64,000 bases of DNA from the human T2T-CHM13v2.0 reference genome, Homo sapiens. The DNA lies in assembly GCF_009914755.1 (NCBI RefSeq), contig NC_060934.1; one strand, 5' to 3'. Made by a program: the position numbers and the translations under genes. A model generated the notes under the pieces. That model worked only from the letters and a program-made list of their open reading frames with translations. It was not told the origin of the DNA and did not search any database. Shown here piece by piece: positions 1 to 13,300 of the stretch; position 1 is the stretch's first letter; every line of letters begins with the position of its first letter.

Positions 1-915
1 AGTTCAGGTAACAAGTAGGTGGGTGCAGCAGCAGAAAGATGGCTGAGTCTGGACTGCCCTGCTCCGTGTCTGTAGCAGCAGCTAGGTCCTGAATCCTGCA
101 GGACTCATCCATGCTGGGGCCAGTTCTTCAAGCACTAAGGGCGTTCAGAGGCTTGACAGCCAATAGAGAGAACAAGAGGCACTCTAATGCCCAGCGCGTC
201 TGCTTTCTGGGGGATCCTACAGACTAAAGATGAGGTCTGTTGGGTTCCTGACTCCCGGAGGGCCATCACTGAGTAACCAGAGGTTCTGTCTCTGACAGCT
301 TCTCTATAGCCACAAATCAACTCCCTCATCCTGCGTCTCCACTGCCCAGTGAAGAGGCACCTGCCAGTCCCAAAAAGGACCTCGTGCGGCATCCAGGGTC
401 ACCTTACCCACCTGGCTCAGGCTCCAAATGCACACACAATGCCTGGATCAAAGGGAGGAGGAAGAGGCTCACTGGTGGATACACTTTTATGTCACAAACC
501 TAAGGAGAAGAGGAAAGAGCTGTTTGAATGAGTAATTTTGGATCTTGGAGGATAATATGGAGAGGGTCATTTGTCTTTGGATTTTAACCGGGACTTCCAT
601 GGAGAAAAGTTGGGGGCTGTTACTAGACATCCTGCAGGTTTGGGAGGTGTAAAAGCTCTAGCCCTGCTCCAGCAACAGGATCAAGGCAACATTTCACCCT
701 CGGCTTATTCTGCCAAAGATGCAACAAGACAAATGCCAAAAAGACAGTCTTTAGAGTTAGTACATGTGGCTTTGAGGCCCACCTCCCTTCCCTAACAGCT
801 GGGTTCTATTTAACTTTGCCAAGCCTTGGTGGCTTTCCTTCAAATGAAAATCAACGTCTATTGCCCAGGGACATTATGAGGCTAAACTAAAATAGTTTTT
901 CTATACCTCCTAGAA

Positions 916-1142
916 TAGGAGACAGTAAATTTTCTCTATAAAGAGTCAGAGAGTAAATATTTTAGGCTTTCAGGCCGTAGGGTCTCTGATGCAACCACTC
1001 AACTCTGCCATCATAGCCTGAAAGCAGCCATAGGCAGTGCATAAACAGATCAACCTGGCTGCATTCCAATAAAACTTCATTGATAAAAATAGATAGCAGG
1101 CTGGATTTCGCCTGCAGGCCTTGGTTTGAGAAGCCTCCCCTG
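916..1142 (+). mobile_element. MER58A-type hAT-Charlie DNA transposon fossil
   Basis: Matches the recalled MER58A consensus: gtaaatattttaggcttt...ggtctctg..gcaaccactcaactctgcc...aaagcagccatag...ttccaataaaactt...ggctggattt. Confidence 0.85.
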
Positions 1143-3019
1143 GAAAATAGTAGATACTCCTCTGCCAGAGAAGGCTGGATTGAGTAATAAAGAAATTGAG
1201 GATTATGCTCAGCAAAAGGGGGCATGGAGAATGGCTGAAGGAAGGAGGAGGGGCTCAGAAGGTGTCCCCAGAAAATTACTGGTTTGCACCTTACAGCATC
1301 TGCTTCCCACACTCCCTGACAGACATGGCAGTCCCCCCTCGAATACCCCCGCACCCAGACCGAAGCGTGTCCCGGACCCCTAGAGTGGGCTGGCCACATG
1401 GGTGCATTGAGTGGGAGGTGCTGCCCAGTCTTGAGGCTGGATGATCTTTCCAAACTGGATGACGTGTGCCATCACTGAGGGGTCCTGACCGCAGGAGAGT
1501 GGGCAAGGCTACTGCAGCACTGCTAGTCCTGGCAGGGATCACACTTGCTTGGGTGGTGATGTGCTCCTGTGACCCCTTCCCTGGCCGGTGGAAGCTTTGG
1601 AGCCAGTCCTCTAGTACAGGATCACCCTCTGTGCAGGAATCATGGCAAGCACTCTCATCAGGACCTAAGTCACCAGATATTGACCCTAGTGGTCGTACAT
1701 TTGCCGCCTTTACTTTAGATTCAGCAGTGGAGTCTGGTCCATCTGCCTGGGGCTGGGAACTGGGGTGAGTGTGGAGGGGGAGAGAGCATTCAAATGGTAC
1801 CTAGGGATGTTATCTCATCCCATGTGCAAGGGTTTGAGCTCCCATCACTCACTTAGATCACCCCAGTCCCCGACCTCGCATGTGGGGGAGCCAAACCCTT
1901 CAAGAAGCTCACAGCCTCCTGGTAAACAGAGAACAACAGCAGAAGCTATTCAAGGTTACATTTTGGTTTTTCCCTGCCTGTCTATTTTCCATTGTTCAAG
2001 ATTATTCTTGAATTTTAATCTGTTTTGATGATGGAGATGTAGACATTCAGAACTGTCCTAAACTTCCTCCTGGGTCATAAATGTGTTGCCATTAACATGA
2101 GACTGTCCCCCCACAGATCCCCTCCCTCAGGCTCTGGATGGCTGCTGGGGGAGTGCCCCTAGCCTGCCGCCAGGCCCCACAGCCACACCCTTTGTGACGG
2201 GTGCTGGGCCCTGATAGGAGCATCCCCCAATCTGTACTTGGTGAAGCAAGACCTGTCACTGTCACCTTTTATCATACTCTCACGGGCTGCTGGCTTTCTC
2301 AGCCTTCTTCCTGGTCTGTGCTTGTCAATGTCCCATTAGCAGAAGGACAGACAGTGGGAGAAATCTGTGTCCTCTCCCTTGTGTATGACCCCGTAGTCTT
2401 TAATTAGCTCATGACACCAGTGGTCTATAATTTCCGCCCAAGACCTGCTTTGATTTTTGCAACACAAACATTGCGCGAGGACCACTGATAAGGTTCAGGC
2501 GGGACAGAGCAAAGAACCCAGCACTTCTCAAGCAGATGGCCAAGGGATTGCATGGCCCATATCGCTAATCCCTTAATGAGGGCCTGGGGGCTGCTGAGGG
2601 CAGGGGCCAGGGGGAGCGAGGGCTGGAAAAGCATAGCCCAGGCTACGCAGATGCCCCAGGAATGTCTTACACTAACAAACCAGCCTGCAGGGCAGCCCCT
2701 CTGGCCTCATCGTCATGCTCATGGAAACTTGTGCTAATTATGGACAGAGCAATGTGGCTCTGCAAAGGAAGCTCCTTTGAAATCTCATGGCCTCTGATGA
2801 TAATGCTTCAGAGCTGTGACATTAACACAAACAGGCCTTGGTAGGTGGGCAGGGTGAGAATGTGCTGGCCCCGCAAGGCCTACCCAGCCACGCCTCGTGG
2901 AATGATGCTGCAGGGGGGACGGCTCTGCCATGCACCACAGCTGCTGCTGATATGTCTGTTCACAGCAGTGACCATTTTCTCCCCACTTGCTTTAGCTTGA
3001 GGTTTGGATTTCACCATCT

Positions 3020-3155
3020 CATCAATTCTTAAGACAGCTTTGCAAGGCACCTGTCACTGTTGCCAAGTTACAGATGAGGAAGCCTTGCTGAAGGTCACCC
3101 AGCTGAGAAGGAGCAGGAGTGGGATTTGATCCGAAGACTGGTTCTGAAAACCCAC
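3020..3155 (-). mobile_element. MIR SINE fragment
   Basis: ttacagatgaggaa...aaggtcacccagct...gggatttga MIR core signature. Confidence 0.65.
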
Positions 3156-3924
3156 GTAATAACCACTACAATGGTGCAGCCACCTTAAGTCCCAAACTAG
3201 GCTTGCCGTAGCAGATGGACCAGGCTTGAGGACCACCCCGTGTCCTCATCATTCCTGACTGCTCTGCTGCTCCCCCATCCAATCTCACTGTCCACAAGGC
3301 AGCGCCGTAGACAAAACCCCATCCCGAGTGGCAGGTGTGTTGCTCCGCAAGCCCAAAGCCTGGCAGCCCAGCCCACAGGTTCCAGCCTCCATGGCAGGGC
3401 CTGTGCTCTGGTGCTGGCATGGTCAAGCTGCCCACCAGGCTGTGACATGAATCTGACCTGGGCCATGTGAATCTGTTCCATACCCATTCCTGGAGCTGGT
3501 CCATCCCCTGAGTCCTGCCCCACAGCCACAGCAGGGCACCTGCCTGCCTCCACGCATGGGATTGGAAGAAGTGTGGCCTGTCCCTCTGCACACTCGCCCT
3601 CCCTCATGCCCTCGTTGTGGGTGGATGCTGATCAGACCCAAGCCTGCTTAGCTTGCTCGGACTCTGGACAGGGGCAGTGACTGCTCTCCGCTGAGGCTGC
3701 AAGCTGGTGAGACCTTGAGCCACCCCTTCCATTTGATGCCCCCTGGAGCTCTCTGAATGCCCTCACCTGGGCTAGGGTAGAAGGAGAGAAGCCTGCATGC
3801 AAAGCAGAGGGGATTGTTTTAAAAGGGGGAAGGGTGGAACAGCCTGGGACTCAGTTATCTTGGCTTTTATGTTATTTGCATTAAACTTTAGACATCTGTG
3901 TGTTCCTTGAGCATCTTTCTTCTT

Positions 3925-4025
3925 GTTCTACATGGTAAGCGCTGTGAGGACAGAGACTTTGCTCACTGTTGTATCACCAAGTCCTAGAGCATTGCCCCTG
4001 GCCTGTGCCCACTAGATGCTCATGC
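3925..4025 (+). mobile_element. L2 3' end fragment
   Basis: gtaagcgctgtgaggacagagactttgctcactgttgtatcacca...cctagagca, typical of the L2 terminus. Confidence 0.6.
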
Positions 4026-5289
4026 GGAGGTGTGGAGTAAAGGGAGGGAGAAAGGGAAGGAGGGAAGGGCTGTCTTCAGAGGCAGAACCTGCATGCTGTC
4101 ACTTAGGATGTGCCGTAAGGACCCACACACCTGGACCTAAATTCTGGCTTGGGGAAGCAAGCACCCACTGTCGGGGGTTCACCTGGAATGTGGGGCAGGG
4201 GAAGTGAACAAACAACTCTGAGAGGTAGGTGCTGTAATTCCCAATTTGCAGAGCAAGATACTAAAGATGTCAGGATGTTTCAAGTTTCTGCAAGATTATA
4301 GTCCCCCCAGATAAACAGGTGCAGACTTCACATGCATGGGAATTATTTTGTGCCAACCTTACTACATTTTACATTTTATTTGGATTTTATTAATAAGTTA
4401 ACTCATTTCCTGTTAACAAAAAAATTGAAAGTACATTTTAAAAACCTAAGCTCACTTGCTGAATCACCACTTACATTGAGTTTACTGGTACCCAGATGAC
4501 GCTTGACTCTTTAAGTTCTTTAAGTTCTTTTTATTCATGTTTACCACTGAACTTGACATAGATTATAGGACTGTGTTTATTTTTTAAAAAATTTCCAACA
4601 GCAGGTTATTTGCTAAAAAAAATTTTCTACTTATCAAGATATTTTGGTTTGTCCCAGTAAAGTGGACATCATATCCCCAGCACCAGCTTCCTTATAAAGG
4701 AATGTTGGAAAAAGTTCTTTTTCTTCTTCTTCTTCCTTTTTTTTTTTTTTTCCATTGGAACAACATCTGGATCTGAGGTCCTTTACCAAGAAGAGATTCC
4801 TCTGTGTTAGTCAAATCCAAAAGTCTTCTGAGTACTGGCTGATGAAATTTCAAAAGGGATTCTCAACAGCCTTTGCATCATCAAAATGGATTTTTATGTT
4901 GAAAAACATCTTCAGTCTTGGCACTGTGTATATGACACCTTGATTTAAGGTAACTGTGGATAAAGTTGTCAAAAATATACCTTCCTCTAATAACGTGGTA
5001 AGATTTTAGGAACTGAGGCTGACAATAAAAAATAAATAAAAACTGAGACTGGGCAAGGACACTTCTGTGCTCACCACAGAATAGCACTGAGGCCTGGGGA
5101 ATGGCAGACAGGCTGTTGGAGGCAGTGGCAAGCAGACTTCGAACATAGGGATCGTCCAGGGACCTTGCTGCTGTCTCCAGCAGAGGGGTTGAAACTGGCC
5201 CAGTGGTCCAGGACACAGGCCAGGAGAGTGTGTATGTCAAGGTGTTAGAAAATTACTTCTCAGGGAGAAACCCTGACCTTGTCAATCCA

Positions 5290-5400
5290 GAGGTATCTGG
5301 AGCTCAGAGAGGTTGGAACACCTGCTCAAGATCACACAGCTTCCAAGTGCGAAAGTGGGATTCAACCTCAGTTCTAATCCTTGAGTTTCTAGTACAGACT
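5290..5400 (-). mobile_element. MIR fragment
   Basis: gctcagagaggtt...ctgctcaagatcacacagct...gggattcaacc. Confidence 0.6.
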
Positions 5401-5867
5401 GTCTTCTCTTCAATGAGGCTTCTACGGCGGCCTCTGACCTCCATGCTGTGCTGAGAAGGGGAGAGAACTGTGGGCAGAAGGACAAAGGGTCAGGAAAATG
5501 ACTCCAGCAGATGCTCCAAAGGCCATGCTCTCTGCACCCGACATTGCTTCCTGGTAGTTTACCCTTACTCGAGGGTATGGGGTGTGCTGCTTTCCCAGGC
5601 CCCAGAGGCTTCCGACACAGACAGTGGGGACCCTGAGCTGAAATGCCATGTGGTTCAGTGCATCCAAGATGACAAATTTCTCTCACTGTAATGCATGTGT
5701 GTTGGGGGGTTGCAGATTCAGTGTCAGGAGGGCTGGGTCTACATTCATTTCACAAACATTTATGAAGATCTCATTATGTGCCACCCACTGTTTTCGGCTC
5801 TGGGAACATTGCAACTGCAAAAATCCCAGACCTTAGATAATGTTACCATTTTAGATTCTATGGCCCA

Positions 5868-6040
5868 GGGGTTAACTATGCAGATTCAGGAAGCCTGGAT
5901 GGAGTCCTTGCTCTGCCATGCGCCAGCTGGTTGCTTTGGACAAGTCACTTAGCCTCTCTGGGCCTATGTTTCTCTACCTGTAAAATGGGAAGGTGCTGAA
6001 TGAACCAAAATGAATGAGCACTGTGCATGGGAGGCACTCA
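5868..6040 (+). mobile_element. MIR fragment
   Basis: ctctgcca...tttggacaagtcacttagcctctctgggcctatgtttctctacctgtaaaatggg. Confidence 0.75.
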
Positions 6041-9000
6041 GGGCAGAGCTCAAGACTGGGAGCCCGGTGAAAGCAAGGTGCTGCCATGGAAGGGCTGACG
6101 GTCTCCAAAAATGGGTGGAGCCCACACTACGTCTGTGATGATCAGGCTGCAGAGCAGGGAGAGAAGGGAAGGGAAATGGGGAGCGGGTGTTGGGGAGTCA
6201 GGGAAGGCCTCAGCAGAGGGAGACTGCTGTCGGGACCAGAGCGTTCTTCCACCCAGGGTGCCACACGCAGGTTCCTTGAACCTCTGCCCAATGTGATCTG
6301 GATGGTAAAGATGAGTGGGACTTTTTCTTTCTTCTTTTTGGCCAAACAAATAAATAAATAAATGAATAAAAGAAGCTGCATCCCACCGTCGACTCACGCC
6401 CCTCTGTGGAAATCCCCTCCTTGCAGGTGATCACTTGAGGCTCACCTGAGCTGCCATCTCCTCTGGGGGCTCTCTCTGCCTTTGTTCCCTGAGGCTCCCG
6501 GCTGACAGGATGGCCAGTGCCATAGTCACTCTCTCCAGATGGGGTGCCCTTAGGGCAGGCAGACGCTCCTTGCTTCATGCTCCAGTGCATTGGGCGGGGC
6601 CTCTGTGCAGGCTCCTGGTGATTTCCCCCATAGTTGCCCAGCCTGCAGTGCTTCCCATGGGGGAGGCATTCCAATGTGGGCAGGCACAGATCCCCCATGC
6701 CCTCTTCCCTGGGACACCTGCAGCAGGCCCCAGGCTGTCCTCAAGGCTCCACCACTGTGTGGGTGTGTCAGGGGGACCCAGACCCTAGGGCCATGAGCCT
6801 GCCTCTCCCCTTGTCCCTGATGAATATGCTCAGAAGTGCAGGACGGCGGCCCCGGGTAGAAGCTCCCTTGGGCTGAGTCAAGACCTGCCCTTCCTGCCAT
6901 GTCATCAGCATGCATCGTCCCCTGTGGCCTCCATCCCGTGCAACTTTCAGGGCACCATGAGTGCCGCAGTGTCTCCTGCAAGCTGCTGCTGCTGGACTTT
7001 AGAGAATCCATGCTGCACTTTCCCTTCTAAATCAGGAGCCTGCGCTGTGGGCTGTTTGCTCCATCTCCACTCACCCTGCCCTGGGAATTCATGACAGGTG
7101 TCTCTGAGTGGTTCTCCAGAACTCATCATTGGCATCCCATGGACAAGAAGGAAAATAATTTGTTCCCTCTTCCCAAAAAAATGTGTGTAAACAACATAGG
7201 CCTTGTCTTTGATGCGAGCCAACTCTCTCCAATTTGATCTGTCTCTAAAGAAGTGAGACAGTGCAGGGTCCCCCTGGGTGGGAGTGATGCCTGACGGGAG
7301 CCTGGAAACTTAGCAGCGATGCCCTGGATCGCGGCTCTGGCGTTGGGCCCACCTGGCAGGGGAACGGGGAGAAGCTTTCCCATTGTCCTGATGCGATTCT
7401 CCCAGCTGAAACGAGGCTGGTGCACATGTGGGCCGACACTGATGGGATCCAGCTTGCCAGAGAGGTGCACTCCCCCATATGAGCTCTGGTCAGCAGGCAC
7501 TTACCGGCATTCACTGAGTGCCCACTGTTGTGCCAGGCACTCACGGGGTTACTGGAGGAGGGCACTGGAGGCCTTCATGTTTCCAGGGCTAAGACGAGGG
7601 TGGGAGCCTGTGACCTCCATCCCTCCTGGGGCCCCTGATGCTGCCTGATGTGATCCTGAGTCGTGGAAATGAATCCAGATGTGCACACTCGCTCACCTGT
7701 GAGTGATGGCCATCCCTCTGATGGCCCCCAGGACCCTTCCCAAGTGAGGATCTTAGTCCCTAAGTTGGGTTCCCTGGCACCTGACATCTGAAGATTAGGA
7801 GCCACCCCAATGACTGGAGGCATTTCTACTGCTGACCCAAGGTGTTTAGCATTAGGAAAGTGCCCTGCAGATGTCACTCCATGTTGTTTGAAAAGAATTG
7901 AGATATCACATGAAATATATTTCATAATCCAGAGGAAGTTGGGAGAGGTGTCCTGGGCTCCAGCCCCAGTGCCAGGGGTCTCCTGTGCTTTCTGTGAGGC
8001 AGGGTGAGCCTGGGATGGGGTGGGGGCCAGAGCCTTCCACAGGTTTCCCTGTGGGCCAACCTCACCTTTGCTGCCTGGGTCTGGCCATGGTGCTCCATGG
8101 GGTGTGGGCCCCAAGCTCACAGACTATGGCAAAGACAAGCCACAGAGAGGAGGCAGCCAGTGGTTCCAGGCAGCGATGGGCTCAGTGCCAGCCATTCCAG
8201 GCACCAGCATCCTGCATGTCTCAGCTCCCCTCTCCGCCAGACTATTCTCTGTCCACAGCACCAAACACCAAAGGAAATAAGCTCTGAGAGGCCCAAAGTG
8301 GCTCTGGGTGGCCCACCTGAGCATGGACTGGGCCAAGTCCAAGGCACAATCTGGGGCAAGTTGGAGGTCAAGGCCAGATCCCAAATCACAGAACTGAGTC
8401 CAATGTGGGAGCTGGGCTGTAAGAAGGAGAAATCAAAGGTTGAGGACAGGGTCAGCGCAGGGAGGCCTCAGAGTGAGGAGGAGACTGGTGATTCGCCTCA
8501 CTGTCATTGGTCAGCTGGTATGGGCTATGTGGGCAGGTGGATTGGGCTCTGAGGTTCTGGAAACCAGTCATGCCCCATGCAGATGCATGTATACAGACCC
8601 GAGCCTCCAGGCCTGATGGGAGGGACCCCTCCAGGGGGACCTTTACAGGCAACACCGAGCTCTCAACACCTGCATCTTAAGGCTCCGAGGACATGGCAGG
8701 TGTGGCCCGTGAGTGGCAGGGCCTCCACGTGACCACAGCTTGGGAGGTGTGAGGGGCTGGCTATAGAAGGCCAGGCAATAGTGCAAGAGGTAGGGAGGCC
8801 CCAGGGTCAGGGCAGGGGCTCCCTCCAAAGGGCCTAGGGCACGGGACAAGAGGCCAGGCTGCTGGCAAGCTCTCTGTCCTCCCCGCAAAGTCTCATAGAG
8901 GAAATCTGTGTATTGAACATGGCCCTGCCACCCTTGGCCAAGCACCTACTAAGGTGCGTTGGCCCTGTGAGGGGCTGGGTGTGAGGAGGTGGAGAGCCTG

Positions 9001-10978
9001 GGCTTATAGCAGAGCCTGTCAGAAGTCCAGAGAGGGCCAGAAGTCCTGGGTGGCCCAGTAGGATGGGTGAGGAAGGTTCTTGGGGAGTGGAGATACCGGT
9101 AGCAGACAAGTGCACCATTCCTGGGACTCAGAGAGGGACCAGCACTGCTCAGAGTCATGGTAAGGAAACATGGGTGGTAGCACTGGGCCCTTGAGGCCGA
9201 GGGGAGGCTGACATCCAGCTGGGCAGAGACCACACCACTGGGCCCAACATAGTCAGAACCCAGGAAGCTTAAATTTGGGGACAAACAGACCCTAGGTGGA
9301 GGCAATACCCAAGAATATGTTAAAAGGGAACTCCACTCACTGGTGTGAGGCACTGCTCCTGGGCCTGAGTGTGCATTTTCCCTCGAATCTCCACGTGGGC
9401 CCTTCAAGCTTGATAGCCAGGAGGGCATGAGGAACCCACGGTCCTGACACTTGCCTGGAGTCACACAGCTGCTTTGAAGCATCCAGTGATGTGAGTGTAG
9501 CTCACTGGGTCCCCAAACCCATGCAGGCCATGACCAGTTTTGGGTGGTGGAAAGAGGTGGTCAGAGGACCCAGAGGGCCCAGAAGTCCTTACAGGAAGGG
9601 CTGTTGCCAGCTGGGAGCCCGGGCTAGGCCTGTGCATCCTCTCCCCACCTCCCCATTTCCTCCCTTCCCCTGTGCCCTGGGCCAAGACACAGTGCCAAGC
9701 GAGGGGACTGCGGTTGCTGTGGAGGCAGGAAAGCCCAGGGCCCGGCTGGAAGGTCATGTGGGAAACTTCTGCTTGAGGGGAGCTGCTCAAACGGGTCACT
9801 GGGCCCCTCGGGTACCAGACCTTGTTTTCCTGCGGCCTCCTCCAATGGATAAGGGGCACTGGGGTAGGGGCTTGGCTCCAGCAGCCAAGGCGTGAACAAT
9901 GGTCTCGCTGGCTGCCCCGTCATGCCCCCTCCTCAGCCGCTGCCCTCCCGGAGGACCAAAGCTGCCATGTGAAAGCGATTTCTCTGAAAGGCTTCTCTGG
10001 GGAAACTGGGCGTCGGGGCCTATGCTCACCACACTCCCTGCATCCCTCCTTTCTGTACAGAACCCTGAGTGTGGGCGGGAGGGTGGATACCACAGAGGGT
10101 GTTGGGGCATGGGTGCTTCTGGGTGTGGGGGCTCAGATGAAGAGGTGAGTGGCCTGGTGGGTCCATGTGCAATGGGAATGGACGAGGGCCTCGGCGTGAG
10201 TCTTCCATAGGAACGAGGGGTCAGGGCTGTAGGGGGACTCTGTGAGGCTGAGTATGCCTGTGCAGGTGGGGGGCTGTGAAGATGTGTGGGAGGCTGCTGT
10301 GAAGGGTGCTTTCTGGGAATGGTGCTGTGCTGCTGCAGTTTGCTTAGAGGGCAGATTGAGTGGGAGTCAGGCAGGCAGGGCTGCGTCTGCAGGTTGGGTC
10401 TGATCACCCAAGCCTTTCCCTGGGCTCTTTCTCAAGGACAGGGAAGCCCTGGAGGTTGTGGAGCTGGTGGTGAGAATGCTCGAGCATTCTTGGCAAGAGT
10501 ACTGGAGTGTGGGTGGTGTGCGGGATGGATGGGTGCAGGAGAGTGCAGAGATAGGCCACGTGGTTGGGCCCTGGGTATGTGTCCTGTTGGGGGCGTGAGG
10601 ACCTGGTTGAGGAGGAAGGCACAAGGGGCAGTTCTGTGGGGGTGAGAGCCATGGGAGGTGGGGCAGGAGGACTATGGCAAATTGAACACAGAGAGTGGAG
10701 GTGGGGAGCATCCAGGTAAGGTGAGTCTGGGCCAGTGTGTGCACACTGCAGGTGCTTGTTAATTTGTTGATTGGCTATGTGATTGATTTGTTGGTGGTGC
10801 CAGTGGGCACAGGGGGTCCTCAAGAGAGGTGTCAGAGCACGTTTGTATGTTAGAGAATGAGAAATGGCCCATGCATGCACACCCCTATCCCTCTCCCACC
10901 CCGCCCAGCACTCCCCTGCCTGGCTTCTGGGGAGCTGCTGCAGAGGAAAGCCCTGTGAGCTAAGCCGCATCATCGTCA

Positions 10979-10997
10979 TGGCCAGCAGGGGGCGCTG
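10979..10997 (+). promoter_or_regulatory. Near-consensus CTCF-binding motif
   Basis: TGGCCAGCAGGGGGCGCTG versus canonical core TGGCCACCAGGGGGCGCTA; lies in unique sequence with several retained CpGs nearby. Motif match only, binding not shown. Confidence 0.7.
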
Positions 10998-12089
10998 TGC
11001 CCTTGGGTGGCCCAAGCTCTCCCAACAGCTGGAAGATTGGAAGATACGTTTGTACATTTTTGAGTACGTGCCCTGCTCTGACATTGCTTAGATGGTCATC
11101 TCGCCCCCATCCTAGCTGACAACCCGTCTTCACTACATCACCTCCATGCTAACAATACCACGGGATGTCACCTGGGGGTAACCAGGGCTCCTGGACCCCT
11201 CAGCTCTGCTCAGCCCTGAGAAAGGCATGCAGAGTCCCCGACGAGAAGACACCCGGAGCTGGGCATGAAACTAAAGCAAGAGGAAGGGAAGGTGGCCCAG
11301 TCCCCAACCTGGGACCTGTGGCCACATGGGAAAAGCAAAGTGCAACACAGAGGGTGGGGGCTTCCATTTGGGGGTTCTTTCAGAGCTCAGGGTGGGACCC
11401 CAGCAGAGGCTTCAGGCTCTGTCCTCACAGCCTCTGCAGCCCCAGGGCCTCCCACCAGGGTGTGGTTTGCTTGAGAGTGGGTAACAGCAGCACAGGGTGG
11501 CATCAGAGGCAAGGACCAGGGGCCCCAGGGACAGCTGCTGGGACCCTCAGGTTAAGGCAGTGGCCCCAGGAGAGCTGCCTTACCTCAGCTCAGCGTTGCC
11601 CCTCACTGCAGAGTGGACTCACTGATAGTGAATGAGATCAAGGCCAAGGTGGGTGCTGGTGTGGCCTAGGGAGGCATTCAGCCCAGCCTGGGGAGCTGGG
11701 GTTGCCAGGCACAGCCCCCAATACGAGGTATGTCTGAACTGGGTTCTGAAGGATGAGAAGGAGTTGCCTGGGCCAAGAAGGCAGTAGTTGGGGGAGTGTT
11801 CTTTTGTCCACAGAGTCCATTTGAGTCAAGGAATGGCATTGGCAGGCCGCCTGCAACACCGAGAGGAAGAGGCCAGCACTGGGTTGGGCACCCCTGCAAC
11901 ACAGACAGGAAGCGTGGGCTGGGTGATGGAGGCCTGCAGGTCCTCTCAAGAGCAGAGGCAGGGCAGCCCCTGAGGAGGGCGCTGGAGCCTGGGCCCACAC
12001 ATGTTGGAGCCATGGGAGGGAGTGTCGGTCCAGGGCCAGAGGCTGAAGGCACTGCAGGGGGGTTACTGCAGCTGGCCGGGTTTCTAGGT

Positions 12090-12315
12090 TTAATGTTGAG
12101 ACCGACCAAATTTGAATCTTGGTTCAAATCTTGGGCCCTTCCGGGGACAAATAGCTCAACTTACCTGGAGCTCAGGATTTCATCTGTGAAGTGGAAATAG
12201 GGGCTGTGTGAAGTGGGGTGATAGCCTGCCAGGGTGATTCATAGGGTGAGTTGAGATGACATTTGTAAGCCCTTGTCAAGGTGCCTCATGCATAATAGGT
12301 TCAACAAATATTAAT
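12090..12315 (+). mobile_element. MIR
   Basis: ggttcaaatc...ctcaggatttcatctgtgaagtgg...tgagatgacatttgtaagc...ataataggttcaacaaatatt. Confidence 0.7.
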
Positions 12316-12368
12316 TCCCCTTTCTCCTCTCCTTCTCCTTCTCCTTCTCCTTCGCCTTCTCCTTCTTC
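12315..12368. repeat. (CTTCTC)n polypyrimidine microsatellite
   Basis: Tandem ctcctt units visible directly. Confidence 0.9.
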
Positions 12369-12419
12369 AAGGATTTCTGCACATGGGTGAAGCTGGGAGG
12401 GAATTTATCTAATTGTCTA

Positions 12420-12530
12420 ATTTTGTCCTTTTTTATCTAGCATGAGATAGTGTTCCCATTTTACAGATGAAGAAACTGAGGCCAGCCAAACTAAGTCATT
12501 TTCCCAGGCCACACAGCTAATGAGTAGCAA
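12420..12530 (-). mobile_element. MIR fragment
   Basis: cccattttacagatgaagaaactgaggc...aagtcattttcccaggccacacagctaatgagt. Confidence 0.8.
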
Positions 12531-13014
12531 ACTTACTAGCTGCCTTTCATGTCTGGGGAATGGGCAGCCCCATGCTAGGGCTTCCTTAAAGGCCATGGGA
12601 CTTGGTCCCTGGAAGGGTGTGCCAACTGGGTTGCCTGAGTGGAGCAGAAAGTAATTGTGTTTAAACATGAGCTTTGGTAACAGCAAACAAGGGCCATGAA
12701 ACACCAGCAAGTCTTTCTCCTCCACAGCCTGGTGGTCCTGGGTTTCCTGGGGCTCGGACCTCTGCTTTGTGACCAGCTGGGCAGGTGACAGACATGAAGA
12801 ATGACCAGATGTCTACACCGGCTGACCAGCCTGGAGGCTGTACTGCAGGTGGGCTCCTGCCTCAGGGTCATCTGAACACTGGGACAGCTCCGGGGAAGGC
12901 AGAGCCCCATGACCAGGATGAAGGCGAGGGAGGAGCATGGGCCCTGGAAGCAGAGGCCCCCCTGCCAGCCCTGAAGGTGGCTGGGGCCCAGGGGTGGGTG
13001 TTAGGGGACACCAA

Positions 13015-13300
13015 ACAGAGGTCATGAATGTGCTGTGCTGGCCAGATCCGTCCTGCTGATGTGTTTTATTTGGCTTGCAGAGTGCTTCTCAAAAAACTTT
13101 GAATTATGTCTTAACATTTTCATATGAAAATCTAGATCTGCAGTTTCTCCTGAAAAGTTGGAGACTCTGGCCACAGATGTGAAAGGAGACGTGCGGCAGG
13201 AGAGCGGCTGCCCAATCTAGTTGGTGGCAGGTTCCTGCAGACCCCACCACTCTCCATAGTGCTCCCGGCACTGCCATTCCCTGCCTGGGCCCCTCGAGGC
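13015..13300 (+). mobile_element. MER102-like hAT DNA transposon fossil
   Basis: gatgtgttttatttggcttgcagagtg...tttcatatgaaaatctagatctgcagtttctcctgaaaagttggagactctggccaca resembles the recalled MER102 consensus; end approximate. Confidence 0.55.

Noticed and set aside
9796-11084. Long ORFs of 203 aa and 226 aa on the minus strand
   Set aside because: Pro/His/Ser-rich translations of GT-rich low-complexity DNA, with no recognisable domain or exon structure
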